From NCBI GenBank assembly GCA_965216565.1, contig OZ244170.1, forward strand, positions 2,400,001 through 2,464,000: a DNA stretch of 64,000 bases, read 5' to 3'. Both the position numbers and the translations under genes were made by a program. Origin of the DNA: Bythopirellula sp. Its GTDB lineage: Bacteria > Planctomycetota > Planctomycetia > Pirellulales > Lacipirellulaceae. A model generated the notes under the pieces. That model was not told the DNA's origin. It searched no databases and saw only the letters and a list, made by a program, of their open reading frames with translations. Below, piece by piece: positions 50,370 through 59,221 of this stretch. Each line of letters starts with the position of its first letter. Position 1 is the first letter of the stretch.

Positions 50370-51635
50370 ATGAAGTGTGCTCCTAGTATCAAAGTGAGAA
50401 TGCCTAGAGTGATCGCACTGGTTGCGTTGACCACGCTCTTTGCATACTCGGCAACTGCTTCGTGGGCAGTTGTAATTAAAGACGGATTCGGTGATGGCGA
50501 CCGGAATAATGACGGCGTAATTGGCTTCTACGACACGGACGTCAACCTGAGTGATACGTTTAATCAAACGACCGGCGATCCTAACAATCCAGGTCCAGAT
50601 GAGACGATCAATAACAAGGGTCTCATTGAGGTCACTTCCGCTGAAGATGCAAGCGATGTAGGCATCGTTTGGTCCGCCACTCGTGGATTTACCAGCAGCA
50701 ATTCGGGAGATCCTAAGGCCAACTTGAAGATCGTCAACGATAACGTTCCTACCGGAAGCGAAACCAACGCATGGATTCATGGCAATGGATACGCACTTGG
50801 TTACGAAGCCAAGGGTACGGGCAGCTCCATGATTGGTGCATTTGGCCAGTCTGTAGCTATCGGTCCTAATATTGGGAACCGTATTCGAGTTTCGATCGAC
50901 ATGCGTTTCTGGATCGAATCTAACAATCCAACTGGTCTCGCTAATCCTGGTGAAATCCGTTGGGGCTTGTTCCAAGATACTGACAACGAACTCGGCACGT
51001 TCGACAACGCCGGCAAAGTAGACCCAAATTCTGGAATTCAAGCTTCGGTCGAATGGGGTGCAGAAGATGGTGATTGGCGTTCCAACTCACCTGGTCCTGA
51101 AGGTGACAAGGGTATTTGGACAGAAATTAACACAGGTCCAAACGCCAATGCCGCTGACATGCGTATTAAGTTCGAGAACAACGTCGCTGGCATCAATGGC
51201 ACCAGCAACAATGGTCGTTTCCTCGAAGGTAGCGGTGCCAGCAATACGGTTGGTTCCGGCGGCGATGTTGGTACTGTCGCTTCGCCTTCCGGCGATGGCC
51301 CTGGTGGCACGATTGCAACCATTGGAACACATACGCTAACGATGGACTTCATCCGCGTCGAAGATCCTTCTGACCCGAACAACACACTTGTTCAGGTTGC
51401 AAGCTTTGTAGACGGTAATGAGTTGTTGAGAGATGAAATCAAACCTGGTGATACGGGTGCAGCCATTTTGCAGCCAGCTCCAGAGAGTTTTGATTACATT
51501 GCTCTTCGCAATTCGAGTGGCGACGTTGACTATGTATTTGACAACTTCGTGATTCGCAACTTGGTTCCAGAGCCAACTTCCCTGCTGCTAGTTAGCATGG
51601 GCGGTTTTGCTCTATTGGGTTATCGACGTCGATAA
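50370..51635 (+). CDS. PEP-CTERM protein, paralogue of 48577..50235
   Basis: GGAGGT RBS; signal peptide; shared blocks AVVI.DGFGD.D..N.GVI.FYDTD, EVTSA.DA.DVGI.W, QDTDN..G, FDY.A.RN; VPEPTS tail. Confidence 0.85.
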   Translation: MKCAPSIKVRMPRVIALVALTTLFAYSATASWAVVIKDGFGDGDRNNDGVIGFYDTDVNLSDTFNQTTGDPNNPGPDETINNKGLIEVTSAEDASDVGIVWSATRGFTSSNSGDPKANLKIVNDNVPTGSETNAWIHGNGYALGYEAKGTGSSMIGAFGQSVAIGPNIGNRIRVSIDMRFWIESNNPTGLANPGEIRWGLFQDTDNELGTFDNAGKVDPNSGIQASVEWGAEDGDWRSNSPGPEGDKGIWTEINTGPNANAADMRIKFENNVAGINGTSNNGRFLEGSGASNTVGSGGDVGTVASPSGDGPGGTIATIGTHTLTMDFIRVEDPSDPNNTLVQVASFVDGNELLRDEIKPGDTGAAILQPAPESFDYIALRNSSGDVDYVFDNFVIRNLVPEPTSLLLVSMGGFALLGYRRR

Positions 51636-51661
51636 CCTTGAGATTTGGTTGAGTAGGAAGT

Positions 51662-51729
51662 CCGGGGTCCCGCTGGGACCCCGGTAGATAATAGCTGCCG
51701 CGGTAGTACGCGTTGGTGCGTGCTACCGC
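51662..51729. other. Two adjacent intergenic hairpins
   Basis: CCGGGGTCCC-gct-GGGACCCCGG (perfect 10-bp stem) and GCGGTAGTACGC-gttggt-GCGTGCTACCGC; no U-tract. Confidence 0.7.
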
Positions 51730-51848
51730 TGTGCAGCAACTTCAGAGAACGCAACTTTGTTATGCTTCGTGTTGCGGTTGGGGCTTCGGGGAAATACCGA
51801 GTCTTCTAGGTACCCCCTTATTATTTCATTTTTGTGGAGATATCGACG

Positions 51849-52886
51849 ATGCGTGGTTTTGCCTTATCGAAGAACAAAGGATGCTCTGCGAATAGAGGAT
51901 TCACTCTAGTCGAGCTTCTTGTAGTGATCGCAATCATTGGCGTTTTGGTAGCGTTATTGCTACCGGCAGTCCAGGCTGCCCGCGAAGCGGCAAGACGCAT
52001 GCAATGTACCAATAACGTAAAGCAGTTGATCCTTGCCGATCTCGGGTATGAAGATTCCAAGGGCAATCTCGTTCCAGCGCGACTAGGACCCGATGGTACC
52101 GGTTCCCCAGAAGTCCGACACCTTAGATATAAGACCGATCGTTCCGGAGCAAGCGGATTTGTGTTGTTGTTACCTTACTTGGAACAAAGCTCTCTCTTTG
52201 ATCAATTCGATGTGTATAAGAACAACAGCATCTTTCCGTCGGACCAAGTAGGTAACGAACCAGGGACTTCAAACTGGAGAACATTGGCTCGCATGCAAGC
52301 CATTGGAGTTCGACCAGATTTTATCGCATGCCCCTCCTCAGGTGATGAACCTCAAACCCAGATAAAATCCTATCAAAGTTGGGACGTCGTTCCTGCTACT
52401 GGCAACTACGCCTTCATGGGAGGGCATCGCGGGCCCAATGGTCAAAACCCAGTTAACGCTTGTTTAACAAAACACCATAATACGGGTGCTCACTTGTATT
52501 GGACTACCAATACCCTTAAGGAGATTGAGGATGGAACTTCAAATACAATCTCCATTGGAGAAGTGATTGATAGTCATACACGTAACAGCTCTAACATTTG
52601 GACCTATGTCCTTCGTTACGCCGACTCCTTCCGCGTGACTGATGTTGCCGTCAATACTCCACCGGGAGTTGAAGCCAAGCGCGTTGGTTCTAACGCTGCT
52701 GTTGTGAACGGCGCATTTCAAAGTCGCCATCCTGGGGGTGCTGTATTCGGTTACCTTGATGGACATGTGATCTTTGTTGACGAAGGTATCGGTACGGTTG
52801 AGTATCAGAATTTATCTACTATCGCCGGTGAACCTCGCTTCAATGACATCGACGACGAGCAATTTTGCTCAGAAAACAGATACTAA
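51849..52886 (+). CDS. DUF1559 prepilin-type (N-methylation motif) protein with H-X9-DG motif
   Basis: GFTLVELLVVIAIIGVLVALLLPAVQAAREAARR.QC.NN.KQ, LLPYLEQ, DGTSNT...GE, SRHPGGAVFGYLDGHV. Confidence 0.95.
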   Translation: MRGFALSKNKGCSANRGFTLVELLVVIAIIGVLVALLLPAVQAAREAARRMQCTNNVKQLILADLGYEDSKGNLVPARLGPDGTGSPEVRHLRYKTDRSGASGFVLLLPYLEQSSLFDQFDVYKNNSIFPSDQVGNEPGTSNWRTLARMQAIGVRPDFIACPSSGDEPQTQIKSYQSWDVVPATGNYAFMGGHRGPNGQNPVNACLTKHHNTGAHLYWTTNTLKEIEDGTSNTISIGEVIDSHTRNSSNIWTYVLRYADSFRVTDVAVNTPPGVEAKRVGSNAAVVNGAFQSRHPGGAVFGYLDGHVIFVDEGIGTVEYQNLSTIAGEPRFNDIDDEQFCSENRY

Positions 52887-52935
52887 TGATGTCAAATCAG
52901 CAGGAATAAGTTTTACCTTAAGGCGTTTACAAGAT

Positions 52936-53472
52936 ATGAATTCCTATTTCCGACCGTTTTTTGTGATTGTTGCAGCATGCCAACTGATTGGTTGTCAGGA
53001 AGCTCCTCATCAGAAGTTAATCACTGCATCTGGAACAGTACTTATTGATGGTGAGCCTCTTTCCAGTGGTACGATACGTTTCGTGCCCGAAAAAGGTCGT
53101 CCCATGAATAGTGCGATATTGGGAGACGGTTCTTTCCAGCTTGGCTCCAACTCTGTAGCTGATGCGGATGGCGTGGATGGAGTACCCCCCGGCAAATACC
53201 AGGTAGCAATTTCTTCCTCTATTATTGAAGGCGATGAAGGCGATAAGGTCCGCTGGTTAGCTCCCAGGCATTATGCAGACTTTCGTACCTCAGACATCGA
53301 GATCGAGCTTGAAGAATCTACCGACGACCTGCTAATCGAACTCACCTGGGAAGGGGCCGAAGAGGAGTCTGTCGACGAGGGTCCGGAAGATACCGATCCC
53401 TCTGCCGAACAAGACGAGAATTCTGCAGAACCCGAAGATTCTAGTGCTGACGAGCAGACGAAGGAGCAATAG
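52936..53472 (+). CDS. Lipoprotein, carboxypeptidase-regulatory-like fold (DUF1559 partner)
   Basis: LIG-C lipobox; SGTVLIDGEPL..G.I.FVP, DGVPPGKY.V.I, P.HY....TS; acidic tail. Confidence 0.85.
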   Translation: MNSYFRPFFVIVAACQLIGCQEAPHQKLITASGTVLIDGEPLSSGTIRFVPEKGRPMNSAILGDGSFQLGSNSVADADGVDGVPPGKYQVAISSSIIEGDEGDKVRWLAPRHYADFRTSDIEIELEESTDDLLIELTWEGAEEESVDEGPEDTDPSAEQDENSAEPEDSSADEQTKEQ

Positions 53473-53473
53473 G

Positions 53474-53947
53474 TTGTCTACACAAATCCATTCCCACAAT
53501 AGTTCCCTGCCGTACCGCTTTTTTCACAACCAACGATACTCAGCACTGTTGAGTTTCTTGTCTGTGTTGATATTGCTTTCCGCCGGTTGTGGCGACGGGC
53601 GGCCCGCACGAGTAACGGTCTCCGGGCAAGTGCTCATTGATGGCAAACCTTTGCAGCAGGGCAATATTAAGTTCGTTCCGGAAGGCGCACGACCCTCTGC
53701 GGGAACAATCGATGAGGATGGTCGTTTTACCCTGACATGCTTTGACGGCAACGACGGCGTGATACCAGGAACTCATCGAGTGCAAATCTCAGCTAGTGAG
53801 ATCCTGGACAACAGCAAGGTGAAATGGTGGGCGCCTCGAAAGTACTCGGACTTTCGCACCTCTGAACTCGAGTTCGTAATAAACGAACCCACCGACGACC
53901 TAACAATTGAACTTACCTGGGATGGCGGCAAGCCATTTGTAAAGTAG
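53474..53947 (+). CDS. Lipoprotein, carboxypeptidase-regulatory-like fold (second paralogue)
   Basis: SAG-C lipobox; VSGQVLIDGKPL..G.IKFVP, DG.IPG.H.V.I, PRKYSD..TS; TTG start after AAGGAG (uncertain). Confidence 0.85.
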   Translation: MSTQIHSHNSSLPYRFFHNQRYSALLSFLSVLILLSAGCGDGRPARVTVSGQVLIDGKPLQQGNIKFVPEGARPSAGTIDEDGRFTLTCFDGNDGVIPGTHRVQISASEILDNSKVKWWAPRKYSDFRTSELEFVINEPTDDLTIELTWDGGKPFVK

Positions 53948-53964
53948 CATCTTGAAGGCAATCC

Positions 53965-56268
53965 ATGGACTCTAGCACCACAGGAATACGACGAGCGCAA
54001 TTTGCGATTGCTGCGTTGGTGCTAACAATTGTACTGCAGCCTAATTCGCATGCTGCTGACTTTTTTGTGACTAATATCTCCCAACTAAACACAGCAGTTG
54101 GCAATGCCGTGGCGGGTGATACGATCACCATGCAGGATGGCAATTGGACGAACAATAACGTCAGCTTCGCAACGGATGGCGATCCGAATAACCCGATTAC
54201 TCTACGAGCCGAAACTCCAGGGCAGGTGATTCTTAATGGGTCGTCAACTCTCGATATCTCTGGCGATTGGTTGGTGGTCGATGGCTTGCGGTTCGAAGGA
54301 GGTGCGCTCTCCGACGGTTCGAACGCTATCGTTGAATTTCGGGGTTCCAATGGCGAGGCCACGAATAGCCGCTTCACCAACTCAGCGATCATCGGCTATA
54401 ACCCAGCCAACATTAACGACCGTTATCATTGGGTCGAAATGTTTGGCACCAATAACCGCGTTGATAACAACCGGTTCGAAGATCACAACCATTCGGGCGT
54501 GACCGTAGTAGTACGGCGTGACGACACTGGCGCCGACAATCACCTGATCGATCAAAATCACTTCGTCGACCGTCCTGAAGGGAACGGCAACGGCTGGGAG
54601 ACGATCCGCGTTGGAACGAGTACCGAATCATTGAGCAACTCGTTTACTACAGTAGAAAATAATCTGTTTGAGCGTGTTGACGGTGAAATCGAGATCATCT
54701 CGAGCAAATCTGGTGAAAATATTTACCGTTACAATACGTTCCGCGAATCAAAAGGAACCCTCACCCTCCGTCATGGAAACGACAATTTGGTAGAAGGCAA
54801 TTTCTTTCTTGGCTTAGGCAAAGATGGTAGTGGGGGCGTCCGCGTCATCGGTGAGCGGCAGACGGTCGTCAACAACTATATTGGAGCTGTTGACGACCGC
54901 GCCGATGGAGCAATTTCGATCTCGGCCGGGGTGCAAGGATCGGCTGTCAACGAGTATTTCCAGGTCAAAGACGCTGTCATCGCTCACAATACGATCGTCG
55001 CCACTTCCGATGCCATGATCACCTTTGATCATGGCTTGGGTAGTAGTGGTCGGACGTTACTCGCAGAGAATGTGACTATTGACAACAACCTCTTCTTTAG
55101 CAATGGCTCGACTATTTTTGAGGGCACCGAAGGCACAGGTTGGAGTTGGGCCGGTAATATCGCTTTCGGAGGGAGTCTTGGTCCCAAGGCCGGGGTCCCG
55201 TCCGGTGAGATTAATGTGGTTAATCCTCAGATGCAGTTCGAGACTTCGACTGGTCTTTGGCGGCTGAGTTCAACCAGCCCGGCTATTAATGCCAGCCCCG
55301 TTGACTACAGCAGTACTATTTCCCACGACATGGATGGCCAGGCCCGTATTGGTGTTTTGGATGTCGGTGCTGATGAGTTTTCCGCCACCACAATTGTCCG
55401 CAAGCCATTTGTCGCGGGCGATGTCGGTCCTGGTTGGTTCTTTGACCCCAATGGCGGGGGCGATCCGAACAATGGAAACGGTGGGGGAGGGGGTTGCATT
55501 GCCAGAGGTTGCGCCATTCAGGCTGAAGACTATACCTCGATTCTCGATCCTGATAGCAATGGGCTGACATGGTCTACCATTTCCGATCCTAATGCTCTCG
55601 GCGGCCAAGCGCTACAAGCGCCGAATGGCGATCGGGTGGAGCTGCCCCAAGAATTACACGATACGATCGCCGTCTATGACTTAACCTTCGAGCAAGCAGG
55701 CACCTACCGGGCCTATTATCGAGCTAAGGGAGATGGCGGCAGTACTGATAGCATATTTGTTCCCGACGATTTCAACGTTGACCCAGACAACAACGAGTCC
55801 ACATCTAGTAACAATAAATTCCGCTGGGAAGTGGGAGACACGTTTACCATTTCCGCCGGCAATGTCGGTGTACCCTTGGAGTTTCGCATCGGAATGCGCG
55901 AACAGAATAACGTTTTTGATGCACTAGTGCTCGATCTTGACTTGTCCTTGTCAGCTTCAGAATTAAACGCCTTGTTCGATATTACCATCGTAGAAGCCGA
56001 TTTCGACGAGGATGGTGACGTAGACCACGACGACTTGCTAGCCTGGGAGACCGGATATGGGACATCCTCAGCCGCCACTCATATGGATGGCGATGCCAAT
56101 GGAGATGGAGCCGTCAATGGGCTCGATTTTTTGATGTGGCAAGAGCAATACACGGGTTCCAGTGCCCCGCTTTCTGGCCTTTCGCAAGTTCCCGAACCTT
56201 CATCAGCAGTGTTAGTCATGCTGTTTGCACTTAGCCTAAATGTACATATAAGAAACAGAAAGCCATAG
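53965..56268 (+). CDS. PL6 (chondroitinase B-like) polysaccharide lyase, probably alginate lyase, with C-terminal jelly-roll module, dockerin-like repeats and PEP-CTERM
   Basis: GNGWETIRVGTS, NNLFE..DGEIEIISSKS (catalytic Lys), GTLTLRHG (catalytic Arg), GGVRVIG; AIQAEDY module; VPEP tail. Confidence 0.9.
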   Translation: MDSSTTGIRRAQFAIAALVLTIVLQPNSHAADFFVTNISQLNTAVGNAVAGDTITMQDGNWTNNNVSFATDGDPNNPITLRAETPGQVILNGSSTLDISGDWLVVDGLRFEGGALSDGSNAIVEFRGSNGEATNSRFTNSAIIGYNPANINDRYHWVEMFGTNNRVDNNRFEDHNHSGVTVVVRRDDTGADNHLIDQNHFVDRPEGNGNGWETIRVGTSTESLSNSFTTVENNLFERVDGEIEIISSKSGENIYRYNTFRESKGTLTLRHGNDNLVEGNFFLGLGKDGSGGVRVIGERQTVVNNYIGAVDDRADGAISISAGVQGSAVNEYFQVKDAVIAHNTIVATSDAMITFDHGLGSSGRTLLAENVTIDNNLFFSNGSTIFEGTEGTGWSWAGNIAFGGSLGPKAGVPSGEINVVNPQMQFETSTGLWRLSSTSPAINASPVDYSSTISHDMDGQARIGVLDVGADEFSATTIVRKPFVAGDVGPGWFFDPNGGGDPNNGNGGGGGCIARGCAIQAEDYTSILDPDSNGLTWSTISDPNALGGQALQAPNGDRVELPQELHDTIAVYDLTFEQAGTYRAYYRAKGDGGSTDSIFVPDDFNVDPDNNESTSSNNKFRWEVGDTFTISAGNVGVPLEFRIGMREQNNVFDALVLDLDLSLSASELNALFDITIVEADFDEDGDVDHDDLLAWETGYGTSSAATHMDGDANGDGAVNGLDFLMWQEQYTGSSAPLSGLSQVPEPSSAVLVMLFALSLNVHIRNRKP

Positions 56269-56295
56269 AAACCGTTGCTAAAAGGAAACAAACAG

Positions 56296-57666
56296 ATGCC
56301 CTCAGACAAATCAAAACCAGTTACGTCGGATCGTCGCGAGTTTTTCAAGAAATCTGCTCTCGCGGCAGCGGCGGTCGCTCCCTACTACGTTTCCGCCTCA
56401 GCTTTCGGTGCAAACGCACCGAGCAACCGGATCACCATGGCCTGTATTGGTGTCGGCAATCAAGGTTTTCCGGTCATGAAACGATTTCTCTCCTACGACG
56501 ACTGCCAGGTAGTCGCCGTCTGCGACGTCAATCGGGGCAGCAATGGCTACAAGGATGACAAGCATTTTTATGGTCGAGAGCCAGCCAAGAAAGAGGTGGA
56601 GAAGCAGTACGGCAAGAGAAAAGACTCGGGCTCCTTCAAAGGCTGTGACGCCTATAACGATTTTCGAGAAATCATTGAGCGAGATGACATCGATACGGTT
56701 GTAATTGCCGCTCCTGATCATTGGCATAGCGAGATGACCGTGCGTGCCGCTGAGTCGGGCAAAGACATCTATTGCGAGAAGCCACTCGGGCTCACCATTG
56801 GTGATCAGCAAGCCATGGTGAATGCCGTCAAGAAGAACGACGTCATTCTGCAAACCGGTAGCCACGAACGCTCCAATCCCAATGTCCGCAAGCTAGTTGA
56901 ACTCGTTCAGAGTGGGGCACTCGGAGAGATTAAACGCGTTATCTGCAATGTGGGACGCCACAACATGATCGGCCCCGGTCCCGGCTGGAAAGAAATGCCA
57001 GTTCCGGACGGATTCGATTACGACATGTGGTTGGGCCCCGCGCCAGACGCCCCTTATCACAAGGATCGATGCCTGTACCGTTTCCGCTTTATCTACGACT
57101 ATGCCGGCGGCCAGGTCACCAACTTCGGTGCCCATTCACTGGACATGGCCCAATGGGGTTTAGGCATGGACAAATCCGGTCCCGTTCACGTGAAACCGAG
57201 ATATGCACAATTCCTTCCCGAAGGCAGTCTATTCAATGCTGCTCTGTTTACTCACTTTGTTTGCAAGTACAGCAATGGAGTGGAAGTTGAATGTGTGACG
57301 GGTGAACCCGCTGTCCGTTGTCAATTTGAAGGCACCGAAGGAATTGCCCGAATTGACAATCAAGGTCGCGAATTTGTATCGATTCCCGAGAGTATCAAGA
57401 ATTCGAAATTTGGCACCGATACTCCGGAAATCTACAAGAGCAACGATGATCATCAGAGAAACTTCCTCGACTGTGTAAAGTCGCGAGAAGAACCCAACGC
57501 GTCTGTCGAAGTTGGTCATCGCAGCGCTACCGTGTGTCACTTGGGCAATATCGCCTTGCGTCTCAATAAAGAACTAGATTGGGATCCAGATGCCGAGAAG
57601 TTCGAAGGTAGTGAAGAGGCAAATTCCATGATCAATCGTCCCACTCGCAAGTCCTGGCACGTTTAA
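56296..57666 (+). CDS. Tat-exported Gfo/Idh/MocA oxidoreductase
   Basis: DRREFFK; IGVGNQG, VAVCDV, PDHWH, GKDIYCEKP, DYDMWLGPAP, NFGAHSLD. Confidence 0.92.
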   Translation: MPSDKSKPVTSDRREFFKKSALAAAAVAPYYVSASAFGANAPSNRITMACIGVGNQGFPVMKRFLSYDDCQVVAVCDVNRGSNGYKDDKHFYGREPAKKEVEKQYGKRKDSGSFKGCDAYNDFREIIERDDIDTVVIAAPDHWHSEMTVRAAESGKDIYCEKPLGLTIGDQQAMVNAVKKNDVILQTGSHERSNPNVRKLVELVQSGALGEIKRVICNVGRHNMIGPGPGWKEMPVPDGFDYDMWLGPAPDAPYHKDRCLYRFRFIYDYAGGQVTNFGAHSLDMAQWGLGMDKSGPVHVKPRYAQFLPEGSLFNAALFTHFVCKYSNGVEVECVTGEPAVRCQFEGTEGIARIDNQGREFVSIPESIKNSKFGTDTPEIYKSNDDHQRNFLDCVKSREEPNASVEVGHRSATVCHLGNIALRLNKELDWDPDAEKFEGSEEANSMINRPTRKSWHV

Positions 57667-57736
57667 CCAGCGGCCCAGAACCAAAGTCTTGGGGCGGAAC
57701 AGATCTGAGCAGTAGTAAGGAAGAAAGAGACTTAGT

Positions 57737-59197
57737 TTGAAACAAGAGCAACTCAAGCAGTCTTCGGCATCGTCATCTGTCAGCGCAAAGCCTACAGACA
57801 TTCGTCTGCGAGGAGCAGAACTCTATTTTCTCCCAGTAGAGACCCGCATCCCGCTGAAATTCGGCACTGAGACTCTTACTTCTGTTACTTGCGCAAGGGT
57901 TAGAGTTATTGTCGAAGATAGAGAAGGGCGTCTCGCCAGTGGATGGGGCGAAACTCCGCTCAGCGTCCAATGGGTCTGGCCAAGTGACGTGCCTTACGCA
58001 ACTCGTCACAACGCACTCAAGGATTTCTGCGAACAGCTGACCTCTGCCTGGGCCTCATTTTCGTCCTTCGGCCACCCGCTAGAACTCGGCTATGAATTTC
58101 AGCAAACGATTCTTCCTACGCTGCTAGGTGGTTTCAATCGCGACTGCGAAGCTGAGGAACGCATCCCTAAGCTTGCTTCCCTGTTGTGCTGCTCGCCCTT
58201 CGACATCGCGCTTCACGATGCTTTTGGCGTGATGCACGATATCTCTGTCTACGATTCATACACGGAACAATACCTCAGCCGGGACCTGGCAAGCTACTTA
58301 GAGCCGACTGAGGGCGAACCGAACCCGTTCGTAGGCAAATATCCTTCCGATTACTTATCGAAGAATCCAAAACAAAGCCTTCCCGTTTGGCATCTGGTGG
58401 GAGGCCTTGATCCTCTGGATGATTCGCAGCTCAACGGCAACAAAGTGGACGATGGCGAGCCGTATCTGCTGAGCGACTGGATTCGTCGGGATGGGATTAA
58501 TTGTTTGAAAGTGAAACTTCGGGGCAATGACGCCCAATGGGATTATCAACGAATCGTTCAGGTAAGTGAGATTGCTTCGGAATTTGGCCCCTACACGCTA
58601 AGCACAGACTTTAATTGCACCGTAACGGATCCTCAGTATGTAAACGACATTCTAGATCGACTGTCTGCAGAGCATCCGGATTCCTTTAAGTCGATCCTCT
58701 ATGTAGAACAACCGTTTCCGTACGATCTCGAATCCTACAGAATCGACGCACATAGCGTGTCAGAGCGAAAGCCATTGTTGATGGACGAAAGCGCCCACAC
58801 ATGGGAATACGTCCGATTGGGCCGAGAGTTTGGCTGGGATGGGGTCGCTCTGAAAACTTGCAAAACCCAAACAGGGGCCATTCTGATGCTTTGTTGGGCC
58901 AAAGCGCATGGCATGCACGTGATGGTGCAAGACTTGACGAATCCCATGTTGGCTCAAATCCCGCATGTTCTGCTTGCCGCCAACGCGGATACCATGATGG
59001 GAGTAGAATCCAACGCGATGCAATTCTACCCGCGTGCATCCCTGCCCGAAGCGAAGGTGCATCCGGGTCTGTATCAACGCCGCAAAGGCGTGCTCGATCT
59101 CTCTACTCTCAGTGGCCCTGGATTTGGTTATCGAGTTGATGAAATTCAGCGCACTCTCGGCAAACCTGTTGCCCGCTTCGGCATCGCTGCCGTCTGA
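57737..59197 (+). CDS. Enolase superfamily (mandelate racemase/muconate lactonising enzyme-like) protein
   Basis: GWGE, DIALHDA, KVK, DFN, EQP and DES metal ligands, ALKTCK; start uncertain. Confidence 0.85.
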   Translation: MKQEQLKQSSASSSVSAKPTDIRLRGAELYFLPVETRIPLKFGTETLTSVTCARVRVIVEDREGRLASGWGETPLSVQWVWPSDVPYATRHNALKDFCEQLTSAWASFSSFGHPLELGYEFQQTILPTLLGGFNRDCEAEERIPKLASLLCCSPFDIALHDAFGVMHDISVYDSYTEQYLSRDLASYLEPTEGEPNPFVGKYPSDYLSKNPKQSLPVWHLVGGLDPLDDSQLNGNKVDDGEPYLLSDWIRRDGINCLKVKLRGNDAQWDYQRIVQVSEIASEFGPYTLSTDFNCTVTDPQYVNDILDRLSAEHPDSFKSILYVEQPFPYDLESYRIDAHSVSERKPLLMDESAHTWEYVRLGREFGWDGVALKTCKTQTGAILMLCWAKAHGMHVMVQDLTNPMLAQIPHVLLAANADTMMGVESNAMQFYPRASLPEAKVHPGLYQRRKGVLDLSTLSGPGFGYRVDEIQRTLGKPVARFGIAAV

Positions 59198-59221
59198 TCT
59201 ATATAACCTGGGAGAGAGAGC

